A DNA stretch of 64,000 nt from Planctomycetota bacterium (GCA_030748635.1 JASMLP010000027.1:1227-65226), one strand, 5' to 3'. Counted from the first letter of the stretch, positions 1 through 10,880 are shown. Notes: a model not told the origin generated them from the sequence alone. Translations and numbers: made by a program.

Positions 1-38
1 CTCAAGGTCTGGAAAGGGCTCTGGATGAACAGGCGATC

Positions 39-3000
39 ATGCGAAAGCAAGGGGTGTGGCTTACCGTGTCTCAACTGTTGTTCCAGCAGGGTCAGATAGG
101 GGCAGAGGTCTTTGTCGATCTGGAAAACGAGTTGGCTCATGCGAGTCCAGGGTGTTCCGGTTGTGGTCGACATTCTGCCGAGGCGATCGGGAAGACAGGA
201 ACCATTTCCGAGGAATATTTCTGTCTCGATTGTGGGAAGGAACTGGCAAGGGAGAGCGGTTCTGAGCCGGCTAGTGCTGCCAATACGGAGTCAGATCTTG
301 TCGCAAGTGATGATTCGTATATCGCCGAACCGATTCTTCTCGAAGACCCGAAAAGTGGGGAGGGTGGGCAAGGCGATCCCTGGAATTCAGCCGCCTTTTC
401 CCCGAAATCCGAAGGAGATTTCCCGGGCAGCGAAAGCGTAACTTCTGAATGGATTGCTGAAAATGATTCCCCCTGGGACGGTGCCATGACCGTTCATGTG
501 AGTCCTGATGATCAAGCGCAGGGAGAATTAACAGGGGAAGTGCCTACTCCGGGTTCTGTTGTGGTTGAGGAGGTGAGGGAAAGTGGGGCATCCTCCTATA
601 CGGAGGAATTCACTGCCTATAGAGAGTTGGATTCAGCGCCGGGAAATACCCTGCTCGCGTTCAGTCCGGAGGAGGAGAGTCCGGTCGGTTCGGCTTCAGA
701 AGTTTCAGGTCGGTCGGAGGGTAGGGACGCCGATAGCATGGCACCAGACATCTCTGAATTCTCGAGTCATACGAACTGGGATCGTTTGTCTGGAAAAATG
801 TTTGAGCCGGGGTTCACGTTTGCTTCTTTCAGAATTATCGATGTGATCCATAAGGCGGGCACTCTGGGAGAGGTTTACAAGGCGCAGGATCTCGATCTGG
901 AACGAGTGGTGGCTCTCAAAGTGATTCGTGAAGGGGGGGTAGGGGGTTGGGAGAGAGAAAGACGATTCAACCGGGAAGTGGAGGTGATTGCGAATCTGGA
1001 TCACCCGAATATCATTTCGATTTTCAATGGAGGTAGTCACGGAGGATTCAAATATTTCACAATGGAGTATGTGAAAGGTCAGTCCCTGGCAGAGCTTCTC
1101 AAAATGGGGGTTCTGAATCATGACAAGGGATTGCGCATCGTAGCGGAGGTGGCGAGCGCTATCGATTATGCTCATCGAAAAGGGGTTATTCATCGAGATT
1201 TACGGCCAGAAAGCATTCTGGTCGATGAGTCGGGGCATCCTCATATCACCGATTTCTGTCTATCCAAATCGGAGGGATCCACATCGATTACCCGGCATCC
1301 TCGAGATTCTTCCGCGTCGGAACGACAAGCTTCCAGAGTCGATGAGGTCGACCTAGAGCAGATGAACGAAGCGGACGATGTGCTCGGTTTGGGGAGGATC
1401 CTCTACCATGTTCTCACTGGGAAAATGGTGGAAATTTCTCCTGAACCACCTTCTCGGGTCTCGGTGCCGCATGAGGTGGATTCGAAGATCGATACCGAAA
1501 TCAGTCAGATTTGCATTCGCGCACTGGAGACGGACCCAGTGAATCGGTACGCGACCGCTGGTGAATTGGCTTGCGAGATCGAGCGCTATCTTGAGGTCAG
1601 CGCCACTCGAATCGGGCAGAGAGTTCGCAGGGGGCGGGGAGTGGTCAAAGCCGTTCAATGGATGGGGTTTTTTCTGGTGCTATTGGCTGTCTTTTGGGGA
1701 GGGCGATCGTGGCTCGGGTCGCCAGATACAGAGTGGCCGGAATCGACTTCTGGGCAGGACGCCTGGGGATCGGTTATTCAGGAAGGCCAGATCCTCCTTG
1801 CGACGAAAGAGTACAAAAAGGCGTACAAAAAATTTATCGAGGTCGAGGCCGCGCTTCGTGATGCCGACCCACGGGTAGAATCGATTCGAGAGGATGTCAT
1901 CCGAAGTCTGATAGGTATTGCCCACAAAATTCTCGACCAGGAGGACCCGGACCTTGACCGTGCGCAGCATTATTTGGATCGAATTCGGTCCCGATCTCCT
2001 GATCATCCAGAGTTGGATCGGTTGAAAGAAAAGCTCGATGTTCACTTGGGGCAGGTCATCTCCATGGGGCGGTTGTCGATCGATGGACTTTCTCCGGAGT
2101 GGTCAGTAACGCTACAAAAGGTCAACCCGGTTCATTTTGCGGTCGAAGAACAGAAGAAGCTCGGGAATCTGCCCCTACGCAATGTGGGAGTTTCGGAAGG
2201 GAATTATCTGGTTGTCCTGGCTCGGAAAAATTCAGGGCAAAATCAGTTTCCGATCCGTTATTGGAGGAATGAACTGGATGCGATCAGTCCCAAGGAGCGA
2301 TCGATCCGAATCCCGTCTGAGATCCTTCCGAGGATGACCTTTATTCCGGGGGGGTATGAGGGGGGTGATACCGATCTGGTTCAATCCTACTTCATGGATC
2401 GCTTGCCGGTTACCAATAAGGACTTCCAGGAGTATATTCGCGCGACCTCTACCATGAATCAGATTCCAGGTAGTTGGAGGGAGGGGACATTTCTGGCGAA
2501 TCATGCCAACATTCCGGTGACGATGATTCCCTTGGAGGTGGCCTTTAATTACGCTTTATGGAAAGGCAAGCGACTGCCTACTTCGGAGGAATTTCGTCGC
2601 GCTTCCATAGGAATCGATCGGCGGCGATTTCCATGGGGAAACCAGGTCAACGATAGCTATTGTCCGATTCGGAAAACCGATCGTGAATATCCCCGGAGTA
2701 CTACACTGGCAAGCTCCCTCTCAAAAAGCCCCTACGGCTGCTTTGACATGGTGGGGAATCTTTTTCATTTTTTACTTCCTGTGACTATTTCTTCCAGACA
2801 GACAAATGTCCCTTTGGGTGGGGAGCTGTTTTTTCAGGCGCCGGACGGCCGTATTCGACCTCAAGTCGTCAAAAAGTGGGATTATAGGAAGACGCATCCA
2901 CTGGTCGGTTTCCGCTGTGCTCGCAGCTGGATTGGAGAGCCTGGAAAGATGGACGCTCTGGTGTGGCTACGAAGAAAAGTCGGACCGGAAAATGACTCGG

Positions 3001-3965
3001 GAGTTCGAATTGAGGCTATACGCCAGCTGGCTATTTTGGACAACCAATCCGCCTGGGAGGAGGTATACCGACTGGTTCAGGACAAAGATTACGGGGTCCA
3101 GATGGCAGCTCGATGGACCTGTGTCTGGAAGTTTCGGAAAATCGACTTTTTTGGCAATCTTGAAGGGGATCTCAAACGGGCAGATAAAGTGGGATTGGAA
3201 CGCGCGGTTTCTCTTTTATGCTACCGAGGGACAGAGTTGAAGGCGCAACGACTTCTGAAAAAATACTACAAACGATTCGCGCCGGTAGAGAAATGGAAGG
3301 CTCTGTCCTCTCTTCTGCAATTTATGCCGCCCGAGGAGGCTCATTCGCTCGCGTTGGAAGCCCTGAAGCGTTCGAGTGAAGAATCTTTATGGGATGTTGC
3401 ATTGAGTTATTTTTTCAAAAGAAAGGATCGCGCCGCGATCCCTGAGGTGAAGCGCATCCTGTCCTTGCCCGGCGCGCATCAGTTGGGGGCAGGGGGGAAG
3501 CAGCTTCAATTGAAATCGGTGAGGGCGTATCAATATCTTGGAGCCATGGACGACCGGGAATTCCTATCCAGTCAATTGCGCAAGTTGAAAGACGATCAAA
3601 AGGCAATGCTCTACATCATGAGCGCGTTATCTCATCTGAGGGAGCCGCCCGTTCCGTTTGATGAATTGCACGCGATTGTAAATACGAACCGATACTTCCG
3701 TGTCTGGTCCCTCTATGGCCAATATCTGAGTAAACATCTGACCGGGTTTACTCGGGCTGAATGTCAGAAGGCTTTCGATTGGGTGAAAACAGCCCTTGAG
3801 CGGCAAGATGTCGCAAAGAATCCAGAACTGGGGTCTTTGCGTAGAATCTTGAGCCAGACGCGCCAAGAGATGATGGAAAGAATTCAGTTTCTGGAATTGA
3901 GGGAAATGGAATCTGGGGAAGAGGGTGTGCCCCCAAAGAAGAAGAAGGTGGGAGTCGGAGATTAA
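39..3965 (+). CDS. Multidomain Ser/Thr protein kinase: N-terminal C4 zinc ribbon, Hanks-type kinase domain, TM segment, TPR/HEAT-like region, FGE-sulfatase-like domain, C-terminal HEAT repeats. May be 5'-truncated by the window edge, since there is no in-frame stop between nt 3 and the ATG at 39.
   Basis: Kinase motifs: VALKVIREG (VAIK-like), HRDLRPESILVD (catalytic loop), DFCLS (DFG-like). Zinc ribbon: CSGCGRH..CLDCGKE. Hydrophobic segment: FFLVLLAVFWGG. FGE-like block: MTFIPGGYEGGD..RLPVTNKDFQEYI..GKRLPTSEEFRRAS..YGCFDMVGN..GFRCARS. The CxxxxC catalytic cysteine pair of true FGEs is not evident. Confidence 0.85.
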   Translation: MRKQGVWLTVSQLLFQQGQIGAEVFVDLENELAHASPGCSGCGRHSAEAIGKTGTISEEYFCLDCGKELARESGSEPASAANTESDLVASDDSYIAEPILLEDPKSGEGGQGDPWNSAAFSPKSEGDFPGSESVTSEWIAENDSPWDGAMTVHVSPDDQAQGELTGEVPTPGSVVVEEVRESGASSYTEEFTAYRELDSAPGNTLLAFSPEEESPVGSASEVSGRSEGRDADSMAPDISEFSSHTNWDRLSGKMFEPGFTFASFRIIDVIHKAGTLGEVYKAQDLDLERVVALKVIREGGVGGWERERRFNREVEVIANLDHPNIISIFNGGSHGGFKYFTMEYVKGQSLAELLKMGVLNHDKGLRIVAEVASAIDYAHRKGVIHRDLRPESILVDESGHPHITDFCLSKSEGSTSITRHPRDSSASERQASRVDEVDLEQMNEADDVLGLGRILYHVLTGKMVEISPEPPSRVSVPHEVDSKIDTEISQICIRALETDPVNRYATAGELACEIERYLEVSATRIGQRVRRGRGVVKAVQWMGFFLVLLAVFWGGRSWLGSPDTEWPESTSGQDAWGSVIQEGQILLATKEYKKAYKKFIEVEAALRDADPRVESIREDVIRSLIGIAHKILDQEDPDLDRAQHYLDRIRSRSPDHPELDRLKEKLDVHLGQVISMGRLSIDGLSPEWSVTLQKVNPVHFAVEEQKKLGNLPLRNVGVSEGNYLVVLARKNSGQNQFPIRYWRNELDAISPKERSIRIPSEILPRMTFIPGGYEGGDTDLVQSYFMDRLPVTNKDFQEYIRATSTMNQIPGSWREGTFLANHANIPVTMIPLEVAFNYALWKGKRLPTSEEFRRASIGIDRRRFPWGNQVNDSYCPIRKTDREYPRSTTLASSLSKSPYGCFDMVGNLFHFLLPVTISSRQTNVPLGGELFFQAPDGRIRPQVVKKWDYRKTHPLVGFRCARSWIGEPGKMDALVWLRRKVGPENDSGVRIEAIRQLAILDNQSAWEEVYRLVQDKDYGVQMAARWTCVWKFRKIDFFGNLEGDLKRADKVGLERAVSLLCYRGTELKAQRLLKKYYKRFAPVEKWKALSSLLQFMPPEEAHSLALEALKRSSEESLWDVALSYFFKRKDRAAIPEVKRILSLPGAHQLGAGGKQLQLKSVRAYQYLGAMDDREFLSSQLRKLKDDQKAMLYIMSALSHLREPPVPFDELHAIVNTNRYFRVWSLYGQYLSKHLTGFTRAECQKAFDWVKTALERQDVAKNPELGSLRRILSQTRQEMMERIQFLELREMESGEEGVPPKKKKVGVGD

Positions 3966-4375
3966 TCCGTAGAGGCTTCTTCTCTAATCTCTTCTCGAGA
4001 ATCCGTGTGCCATTGTACTTGGGGGCAGTCTCCCCACAGCATTTCCAGGTCGTAATGCTGACGAACTTCATTGAGGAAGATATGGACGATGATGTCTCGG
4101 TAGTCGAGTAATACCCATCGGGCTTCCGAGTAGCCTTCGACTCCTTCCTTGCAGATTCTTCCATGCGATTTGCTGACGGCCTTGAGTGCGTCAGCGATAG
4201 CCAGGACCTGTCGGCTATTGTGGCCCGAACAGATTACGAAAAATTCAGTAATTTTGATCCGATCACCGACTTCGATAACCCGTATGTCTTGGGCCTTTTT
4301 CTCGTTGGCGGTTCGTGCCAGGAGTAAAGACAGTTCTCGGTGATCGAGACGCGAGGAGTTCGTTTCTCTAGTCAC
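3962..4375 (-). CDS. rsfS: Ribosomal silencing factor RsfS (Iojap family)
   Basis: 137 aa. Motifs GHNSRQVLAIADALKAV, EGYSEARWVLLDYRDIIVHIF and VRQHYDLEMLWGDCP are typical of RsfS/Iojap. The stop overlaps the stop of the convergent kinase gene by 4 nt (TTAA). Confidence 0.85.
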   Translation of the reverse strand: MTRETNSSRLDHRELSLLLARTANEKKAQDIRVIEVGDRIKITEFFVICSGHNSRQVLAIADALKAVSKSHGRICKEGVEGYSEARWVLLDYRDIIVHIFLNEVRQHYDLEMLWGDCPQVQWHTDSREEIREEASTD

Positions 4376-5997
4376 AGAATGGTTCCTTCCTGGATATGTG
4401 GAATCCAGAACATGAAGGTCGATCCTGCACCGGGCTGACTCGTGGCTTGGATGTGACCTTGGTGCATATCAATGATGTGTTTGGTGATGGACAATCCGAG
4501 ACCCGTGCCCTCGATCTCGGAGGTGCTAGAACTGTCGACTCGATAAAATTTATTCCAGATCTGATGGATCTGATCGGGAGGGATCCCGATCCCTTCATCG
4601 GCTACCTCGAAATGGACGCGTTCGTTGTCCTCGGATAAATAGACTCTGATTTGAATCGTGCCCCCATCAGGAGAATATTTGGTGGCGTTTGAGATCAGGT
4701 TGTCTACTACCTGGCGAATCTTTTCATGGTCAAAGAGAAAGGAAGGTTCGTTTTCGTCGCACTGGAAGCAGAGCTTGCATTCTGTTCCTGGGTCCAGGAT
4801 ACGCATCGAATCCTGAACGAGATCGGAGATTTTGCCTCGGGATAGAGCGAGGTCGACATTGCCGCTTTCGAGGCGAGAGAGGTCGAGCAGGTCGGTAATC
4901 AGTGAGTGGAGGCGGTGGCCACCTTCTTGGATGATCTGGATAATCTCCTGGTTGTCCGGAGAGAAACTTTCAAGATCGTATTGGAGCACTTCAGCTCCCC
5001 CCATGATGGCGGTCAGAGGGGTTTTCAGTTCGTGACTGACGGTGTGGAGAAACTCGGTCTTCATGACGTCGAGTTCTCGAAGTTTTTGAACTTCGCGGGA
5101 GAGGGCAAGATCTCGGCAGATGAAGACAATTCCGGTGGGATTGTTTTTGCGGTCGTAGACAATGGATGTGCTGATGCCGATGAGAATATCTGTTCGGTCA
5201 CCGATGCGGTGCTGAAATTCATAATCGAACTGTTCTTCACCTTTGAGGGTCGAAATCACGAGTTTACCGAAGACGGCGGCGACTTCTGGACTCATGGCCC
5301 GCTGGTATTTTTCTTGAAGGGTGAAAAAGCGTCGGAGGTCAAACATGAATTCAGCATTGGAATTCATGGTGACGATCTGATCGTCGAGATTGGTGACCAG
5401 GACGGCGTAGGGGATCGATTCGAGTACGTTGTCCAGTAGGCTCCCAATTTCCTGGACTTCGGCGTAGAGCGTGGCATTTTCGACCTGAATGCCCACCACT
5501 CGTCCCAGAGTGGATAGCATGTCCAGTTCAATATGACTGAGAGTGGATATCTCTGATCGGGACCATAAAACCATGAGACCCTGGACATTGCTGTGAGATA
5601 CGATCGGAACGATGACCTGGGTGTGGACCTCCTTCTCGATCAACTCGGGTTCATCGATCGGTAGGGAGGAGGCGGTTCGGTTCTGAACGGCCCATTCGAT
5701 CAGATCCTCTCCCAATTCGGGGAGTAATCCCTCGAGGTGAGAAGGGACCTCCTCCAGATTTGGGATTTCCAGTGTGGTCAACTCTCCGCGGAGAATAACC
5801 TGAGACGCGATGCCCCCAACCATACGGCTCGCGATTTCTCGGGCATGACGAAAGATCTCGGCGCGGTTTCGAAGCCCTTGGATGCGTTCAAGTCGCTGAT
5901 GGAATTGTCGATAAACTTCGAAGGAGCGACGGATCTCCGCTTTTTCGAGGCGGAGTTTCTCGGTATTCGAAGATTTGGGCTCTCGCTCGATACTCAT
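4372..5997 (-). CDS. Cytoplasmic sensor histidine kinase (GAF + PAS + HisKA + HATPase_c)
   Basis: H-box HELKTPLTAIMGG. N/G boxes DNLISNATKYSPDGGTIQI and GTGLGLSITKHIIDMHQGHI. No TM segments. The start overlaps the rsfS stop by 4 nt (ATGA-type coupling). Confidence 0.85.
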   Translation of the reverse strand: MSIEREPKSSNTEKLRLEKAEIRRSFEVYRQFHQRLERIQGLRNRAEIFRHAREIASRMVGGIASQVILRGELTTLEIPNLEEVPSHLEGLLPELGEDLIEWAVQNRTASSLPIDEPELIEKEVHTQVIVPIVSHSNVQGLMVLWSRSEISTLSHIELDMLSTLGRVVGIQVENATLYAEVQEIGSLLDNVLESIPYAVLVTNLDDQIVTMNSNAEFMFDLRRFFTLQEKYQRAMSPEVAAVFGKLVISTLKGEEQFDYEFQHRIGDRTDILIGISTSIVYDRKNNPTGIVFICRDLALSREVQKLRELDVMKTEFLHTVSHELKTPLTAIMGGAEVLQYDLESFSPDNQEIIQIIQEGGHRLHSLITDLLDLSRLESGNVDLALSRGKISDLVQDSMRILDPGTECKLCFQCDENEPSFLFDHEKIRQVVDNLISNATKYSPDGGTIQIRVYLSEDNERVHFEVADEGIGIPPDQIHQIWNKFYRVDSSSTSEIEGTGLGLSITKHIIDMHQGHIQATSQPGAGSTFMFWIPHIQEGTIL

Positions 5998-6037
5998 GGA
6001 ACGATGATCCGTTCACAAAGTTGGAGAGATTCAAATA

Positions 6038-6904
6038 TCATCGGATCAATGCGAAAAAAGCTTCGCCTTTTTCGATGCCCTGTAGTGTCGAATCGCACAA
6101 TTGTTTGAGAAGATCGCCATTCAGGTAGAAGTGATCCCATGTCGATTCGGAAATTTTTGGCATGTTGTTATCCCCGCCACTACCGATTCCCAGAGCGCGA
6201 ACGATCAAATCTGCCAGGTGAACGACATGGGTTAACTCTCGGGCCTCGGTGGCCAAATCCGGTTTGTGATGCCTCCAGATCGGAACGATAATGTTTTGCG
6301 GGAAGTTCCAGCGTTCTGCCAGCCATTTGCCGATGCGGGAATGATCGACACCCATGATCTCCATTTCGGCCTGGGCCATGGTTAAGTCGTCTTTTATCAC
6401 CAGTTCGGTAATCTCTGAAAACTCCTTTTCCAAGAATTGGGAAATCACGACTTTTCCGATGTCATGAAGGAGGCCCGCAACAAAGGCGTCCTCCTCGACC
6501 TTGAGTCCCAGTTCGTGGGCGGACCGCTCCGCAGCGATGGCGACAGCCAGGGAATGTTCCCAGAATTGATAAAAATCGAATCCGTTGTTCGAGGTCCGTT
6601 TCAAGCCGCCGATTATGGCGGTCGTGAGAGCGATGCTTTTGACTTTGTTGAATCCGAGAATCACGATCGATCGGGTTACCGATGTGATTTGCTTGGGGAA
6701 TCCGTAAAAAGCGCTGTTGACAATCTTGAGGGTTTTGGCGGAAAGAGAAGGGTCGTGACTGATGATTTCGCCGATGTCCTGTGCGCTGGTAGTTGGGTCC
6801 TGCATCGCCTCATTGATCCGTTGGGCGACGGTGGGAAGGGTGGGGAGGTCCGGAATCCTCTGAATCTCCCGAAGGATCCGGCTTTGGTCAGTTTTTTCGG
6901 TCAC
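6038..6904 (-). CDS. HDOD domain signalling protein
   Basis: LPTLPTVAQRINEAMQDPTTSAQDIGEIISHDPSLSAKTLKIVNSAFYGF is a typical HDOD N-terminal signature. 288 aa. Confidence 0.75.
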   Translation of the reverse strand: MTEKTDQSRILREIQRIPDLPTLPTVAQRINEAMQDPTTSAQDIGEIISHDPSLSAKTLKIVNSAFYGFPKQITSVTRSIVILGFNKVKSIALTTAIIGGLKRTSNNGFDFYQFWEHSLAVAIAAERSAHELGLKVEEDAFVAGLLHDIGKVVISQFLEKEFSEITELVIKDDLTMAQAEMEIMGVDHSRIGKWLAERWNFPQNIIVPIWRHHKPDLATEARELTHVVHLADLIVRALGIGSGGDNNMPKISESTWDHFYLNGDLLKQLCDSTLQGIEKGEAFFALIR

Positions 6905-7245
6905 CGACTGTTCTTGTCCTTTTGTAATAGAGAAGAAAGAGCCGCCATTTTCAGGAGTTGCATTCGCGGATTATCCGAATGATGTCGGAACCGCGTTTCG
7001 ATTTCTGTGGCGATTCGGACACTCCTCTTGGTGTCTGGAGTGTCGGGCGCTTCGGCTACGAGTGAAGGAACCGATTCGATTTCGGTCTGTATGGAGAGGT
7101 TTTGGATCCCGAAGGATTCCAGTCGGTCGATGATGGCCGATGTAAGTACTTCACCTTTGCGAAGAAGGGTACGTCCCATACGATCTTCCACCGGGCGCGC
7201 GAGGATCAGTCCTTCTCGCGCTTCATCAACCGTAATGATTTTCAT
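6901..7245 (-). CDS. Small hypothetical protein, possibly a DUF3391-like N-terminal module as found in HD-GYP/HDOD regulators
   Basis: 114 aa. [52 protein letters not shown] resembles DUF3391. 4-nt overlap with the downstream HDOD gene. Confidence 0.4.
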   Translation of the reverse strand: MKIITVDEAREGLILARPVEDRMGRTLLRKGEVLTSAIIDRLESFGIQNLSIQTEIESVPSLVAEAPDTPDTKRSVRIATEIETRFRHHSDNPRMQLLKMAALSSLLQKDKNSR

Positions 7246-7365
7246 GTAAGACTCAACTTAGCGAATGTGACGTTCCAATCAACCCTCGGTCGCGTGGCTT
7301 CTATAAAAAAAGCGCCGTACTTTCCTGTCAAAAAGAAGAGTACGGCGCTTGAAAATCCCAAGTGT

Positions 7366-9531
7366 CTATCCGCCACCCACGAAGAGGGGGAGAAAGACCA
7401 GTCCGACAATGCACATCAACTTGACCAGAATGTTGAGCGAGGGACCGGAGGTGTCTTTGAAAGGGTCTCCAACGGTATCACCGACGACCGAGGCCTTGTG
7501 GGCTTCTGAACCTTTACCCTGCACTTCACCATCCGCGTTCTTTAGCGCGCCGGTTTCGATGTATTTTTTGGCATTGTCCCAGGCGCCACCAGCGTTGGCC
7601 ATGAATATGGCCATCAGGACACCTGTGACGAGAGCTCCGGCCAAAAGGCCGCCTAAACCCTCGACACCCAGGGGACTCATGCCCACCGCGATGGGTACGA
7701 TGATGGCCAGAAGGCCCGGAAGGGTCATTTCCATCAAGGCGCTCTTGGTCGTGATGGAAATACAACGATCGTAATCCGGTGTGGCTTTGCCTTCGGCGAT
7801 TCCGGGAATCGACTTCCACTGGCGTTGCACTTCCTGCATGACTTTGCTGGCGGCACGACCGACAGCACGCATGGTCATACTCGAAAAGAGGAAGGGAAGC
7901 ATTCCGCCAATAAGCATGCCCACCAGCACGTTGACTTCCATGATGTCCAGCTTGAGAGGGCCGTGGCCCAGTTCGATATGCCGCTGGCTGATGGCCTGAA
8001 AGAGAGCCAGCGCGGTGAGCGCAGCGGATCCGATTGCAAAGCCTTTTCCGATGGCAGCGGTGGTATTGCCCGCGGCATCGAGCGCGTCGGTCCGTTGACG
8101 AACTTCCGGGTCGCAACCACTCATCTCGGCAAGTCCACCGGCATTGTCGGCGACCGGTCCGTACGCATCGACTCCAAGGCTGATCCCGAGAGTGGAGAGC
8201 ATACCCACTGCGCTGATGGCGATGCCGTAGATTCCGGCAAAGTGAAAGGAGGCCATGATGGCGACACAGATCAGTATCAGCGGAATCGCCGTCGATTCCA
8301 TTCCCACAGAGAGACCGTAAATGATGTTGGTGGCGGCGCCACCGGTATCGGATTCAGCCGCGATTTTCTTGGCGTGAGGTCGATGTTCGCTGGTGTAGTG
8401 TTCCGTAACCAGGCCGATGGCTAAACCGACTCCGAGGCCGAGGTACAATGCCCAGAGGATTCCAAGCGTGGACTTGCCTTCGATATGGATGCCTGAAGAA
8501 GAAATCAGAAACCAGGAGCCCACGGCCACCAGGATGGAGGCGATCAGAAGTCCACGAAAGAGTGCGGAGTTGAGTTTGCTTTCGTCCTGAGTTCGGACGA
8601 AGAAAAAGCCGATCATGCTGGCGAAGAGTCCTAAGCCGGCCAGGAGTAGGGGCAGTGTGGTGGCAATGCCCGCCCATTCTGGATTGAAGACAAGTCGTTC
8701 GCCACCGATCTTCGTCATGGTTAATCCGAGGGCCATGGCGGCGATGATGGAACCAACATAACTTTCGAAGAGGTCTGCTCCCATGCCTGCCACATCGCCT
8801 ACATTGTCTCCAACGTTGTCGGCGATGGTTGCCGGGTTGCGCGGATCGTCTTCGGGGATTCCCGCGATGACTTTGCCGACAATATCTGCTCCAACGTCCG
8901 CAGCTTTGGTGTAGATCCCTCCGCCGACACGGGCAAAGAGAGCCACGGAACTCGCGCCGAGGCCAAAGCCGAATATAGGGTCGGGGTTATGGCCCCAGAG
9001 GATGTAAAGGCCTGTGACTCCTGCAAGACCGAGTCCTGTCACACAAAGCCCCATGACGATTCCGCTGCTGAAGGCAACTCGCAGAGCATCACCCAGGCTC
9101 TTTTTAGCACTCTGGGTTGTGCGGACAGCGCTGCGGGTCGCGACCTTCATGCCGATAAATCCGCAGCATGCGCTACAGAATGCACCTAGCAGATAGGAGA
9201 GGGCTGTTCCACCCTTTCCTGTCTCGTGATCGAAGAAGAGGGTGGATCCATCGATCGTTAACAGGAGAGCGACAAAGAGTATGAGGGCGAAAATCGTGAC
9301 AACGGTGTATTCATTCTTGAGGAATGTCATCGCGCCGTCGTGAACATATTCGGAGATTTCGCGCATCCGATCGGTTCCAGTGTCCTTCTTCTTGATGGAC
9401 ATCCAGAGGAATGCGACAAAGAGAAGGGCGGCCAGGGGAGCCAGACCCGCCACATATTTGAAGATCTCGTACTGGGAAACTGCAAGCAGTCCGGTCCAGA
9501 CCTCGGCGAGGGGTATCGCTACGGTATTCAT
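7366..9531 (-). CDS. hppA: Membrane-bound H+-translocating inorganic pyrophosphatase (V-PPase)
   Basis: 721 aa polytopic protein. [18 protein letters not shown] and C-terminal [22 protein letters not shown] are diagnostic. The AA in GNTTAA suggests the K+-stimulated subtype. Confidence 0.9.
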   Translation of the reverse strand: MNTVAIPLAEVWTGLLAVSQYEIFKYVAGLAPLAALLFVAFLWMSIKKKDTGTDRMREISEYVHDGAMTFLKNEYTVVTIFALILFVALLLTIDGSTLFFDHETGKGGTALSYLLGAFCSACCGFIGMKVATRSAVRTTQSAKKSLGDALRVAFSSGIVMGLCVTGLGLAGVTGLYILWGHNPDPIFGFGLGASSVALFARVGGGIYTKAADVGADIVGKVIAGIPEDDPRNPATIADNVGDNVGDVAGMGADLFESYVGSIIAAMALGLTMTKIGGERLVFNPEWAGIATTLPLLLAGLGLFASMIGFFFVRTQDESKLNSALFRGLLIASILVAVGSWFLISSSGIHIEGKSTLGILWALYLGLGVGLAIGLVTEHYTSEHRPHAKKIAAESDTGGAATNIIYGLSVGMESTAIPLILICVAIMASFHFAGIYGIAISAVGMLSTLGISLGVDAYGPVADNAGGLAEMSGCDPEVRQRTDALDAAGNTTAAIGKGFAIGSAALTALALFQAISQRHIELGHGPLKLDIMEVNVLVGMLIGGMLPFLFSSMTMRAVGRAASKVMQEVQRQWKSIPGIAEGKATPDYDRCISITTKSALMEMTLPGLLAIIVPIAVGMSPLGVEGLGGLLAGALVTGVLMAIFMANAGGAWDNAKKYIETGALKNADGEVQGKGSEAHKASVVGDTVGDPFKDTSGPSLNILVKLMCIVGLVFLPLFVGGG

Positions 9532-9578
9532 CTGAAGTTTTGCCTTTCAAATTCGAGGATTCGGAAGTCCTCTGGACT

Positions 9579-10880
9579 TCATTCTTCCGTTTGCTGAGTT
9601 CTGAGTCGAGTCCGGTTCAACCACTGGCTCCGAACGATATGGACGTGATCCGCAAGGTTGAGTCGGGCGTACCAGACGTCTTCGGGTTCACCGGGAATGC
9701 GTGGAAACTCGAGGATAACGATCTGGGGAAACCTGGGAAAATAACGGTCTCGAAGCTCGATGCCAACCCGTTGGGGGTAGCGCCAGATCTGACGAAGTTG
9801 CTTGTAGTAGGATTTGGGGCCCATCTGACGCCTCCAGAGGGCCATTTGCTTTTTAGAAAAAAACCAGGATTGGGACCAGATTTTTTCCATTTCTCGCCGG
9901 AATCGTTTTCGACCGAGCCGCCGCTCCGATAACCGGTTGAGTTTGTGGAGCGTTTGGTCCAACTCCAGGAGGTTGGCGTAAATCCGGGCGAGAGATTCCG
10001 AGATCCTTCTATTTTCTTTTCTAAACCAATCGGCAGCCTTGTGAGCGTAACGAATTGCGAGAGTCTCATTTTCTTCGGCAAGATGCCGTGTAATCTGACG
10101 AAGGAGCAAAGTGCCGTCCAGGGGGATTGAGGGGAGATTGCCTCGCTCGACCCAGTCCGCGTGATCCGTTTGGATGTGCTCTCGGATTTCCAGAATTCTC
10201 TTTCGATATCTCTGGTAAGTTTCAAGGTCGTCCTCGAGCAGAGCTTGGGCGGCGAGAACTCCGTAACATCCGGTCGCCAGCATGGTGTCGACATAAGGAG
10301 CGTGTCCCGGAATGTTGTGGGCCTTTTCGTACCAGCGTGCGGCCATCACGTGTGAAGAGTGGCCGTATTCTTCGATACAGCGCTGCTGGTAGACTTTGGA
10401 GTAACGCAGTTTGTGCCAGAAATAGAAACCGATATCTGCGCAAAGATGCCAGCTTTCCGGGTTCTTCTCCGCCCCTTGCATTGCATAATCGAGTCCTTCT
10501 CGGATCCAGCGCCACTGCTGTTGGGGTGATTCCATGGTGACGGAAATGTTATAGGCCAGGTTCCAGGCGTTGTAGGTCCAGACGAAGGGGTTGTAGGGCT
10601 GCAACTTTCCGATGACCTCGAACGTGGAGCGGAGTGCATACCACTGTTGTGTGTTGGCCTGGGTATCGGCTTGAATCCAGTACATATTGATCAGAAAAGA
10701 CCGAAAGTTGCCCAGGGCAACCGTGGATACGAAGGTCAATGGGTCGGTGGATTGCTCATGGGATTGGGGCTCGAGTTGTTCTTCGATCCGTTGCTCTTGG
10801 AGTCGGGAGAGAAGAAAAGGGCTGGCGCCACCAAGGAGGAGAAGACAGCAGAGAAGGGTGGGCAGGACCGTGTTTTTCAT
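9579..10880 (-). CDS. Secreted hypothetical protein, W/Y-rich and alpha-helical. Third gene of the ABC-2 operon.
   Basis: Signal peptide [24 protein letters not shown]. The start at 10880 gives an ATGA overlap with the permease stop (verified: + strand tcat at 10877-10880). The ORF track begins 14 codons earlier at 10922. No recognisable family. Confidence 0.55.
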   Translation of the reverse strand: MKNTVLPTLLCCLLLLGGASPFLLSRLQEQRIEEQLEPQSHEQSTDPLTFVSTVALGNFRSFLINMYWIQADTQANTQQWYALRSTFEVIGKLQPYNPFVWTYNAWNLAYNISVTMESPQQQWRWIREGLDYAMQGAEKNPESWHLCADIGFYFWHKLRYSKVYQQRCIEEYGHSSHVMAARWYEKAHNIPGHAPYVDTMLATGCYGVLAAQALLEDDLETYQRYRKRILEIREHIQTDHADWVERGNLPSIPLDGTLLLRQITRHLAEENETLAIRYAHKAADWFRKENRRISESLARIYANLLELDQTLHKLNRLSERRLGRKRFRREMEKIWSQSWFFSKKQMALWRRQMGPKSYYKQLRQIWRYPQRVGIELRDRYFPRFPQIVILEFPRIPGEPEDVWYARLNLADHVHIVRSQWLNRTRLRTQQTEE

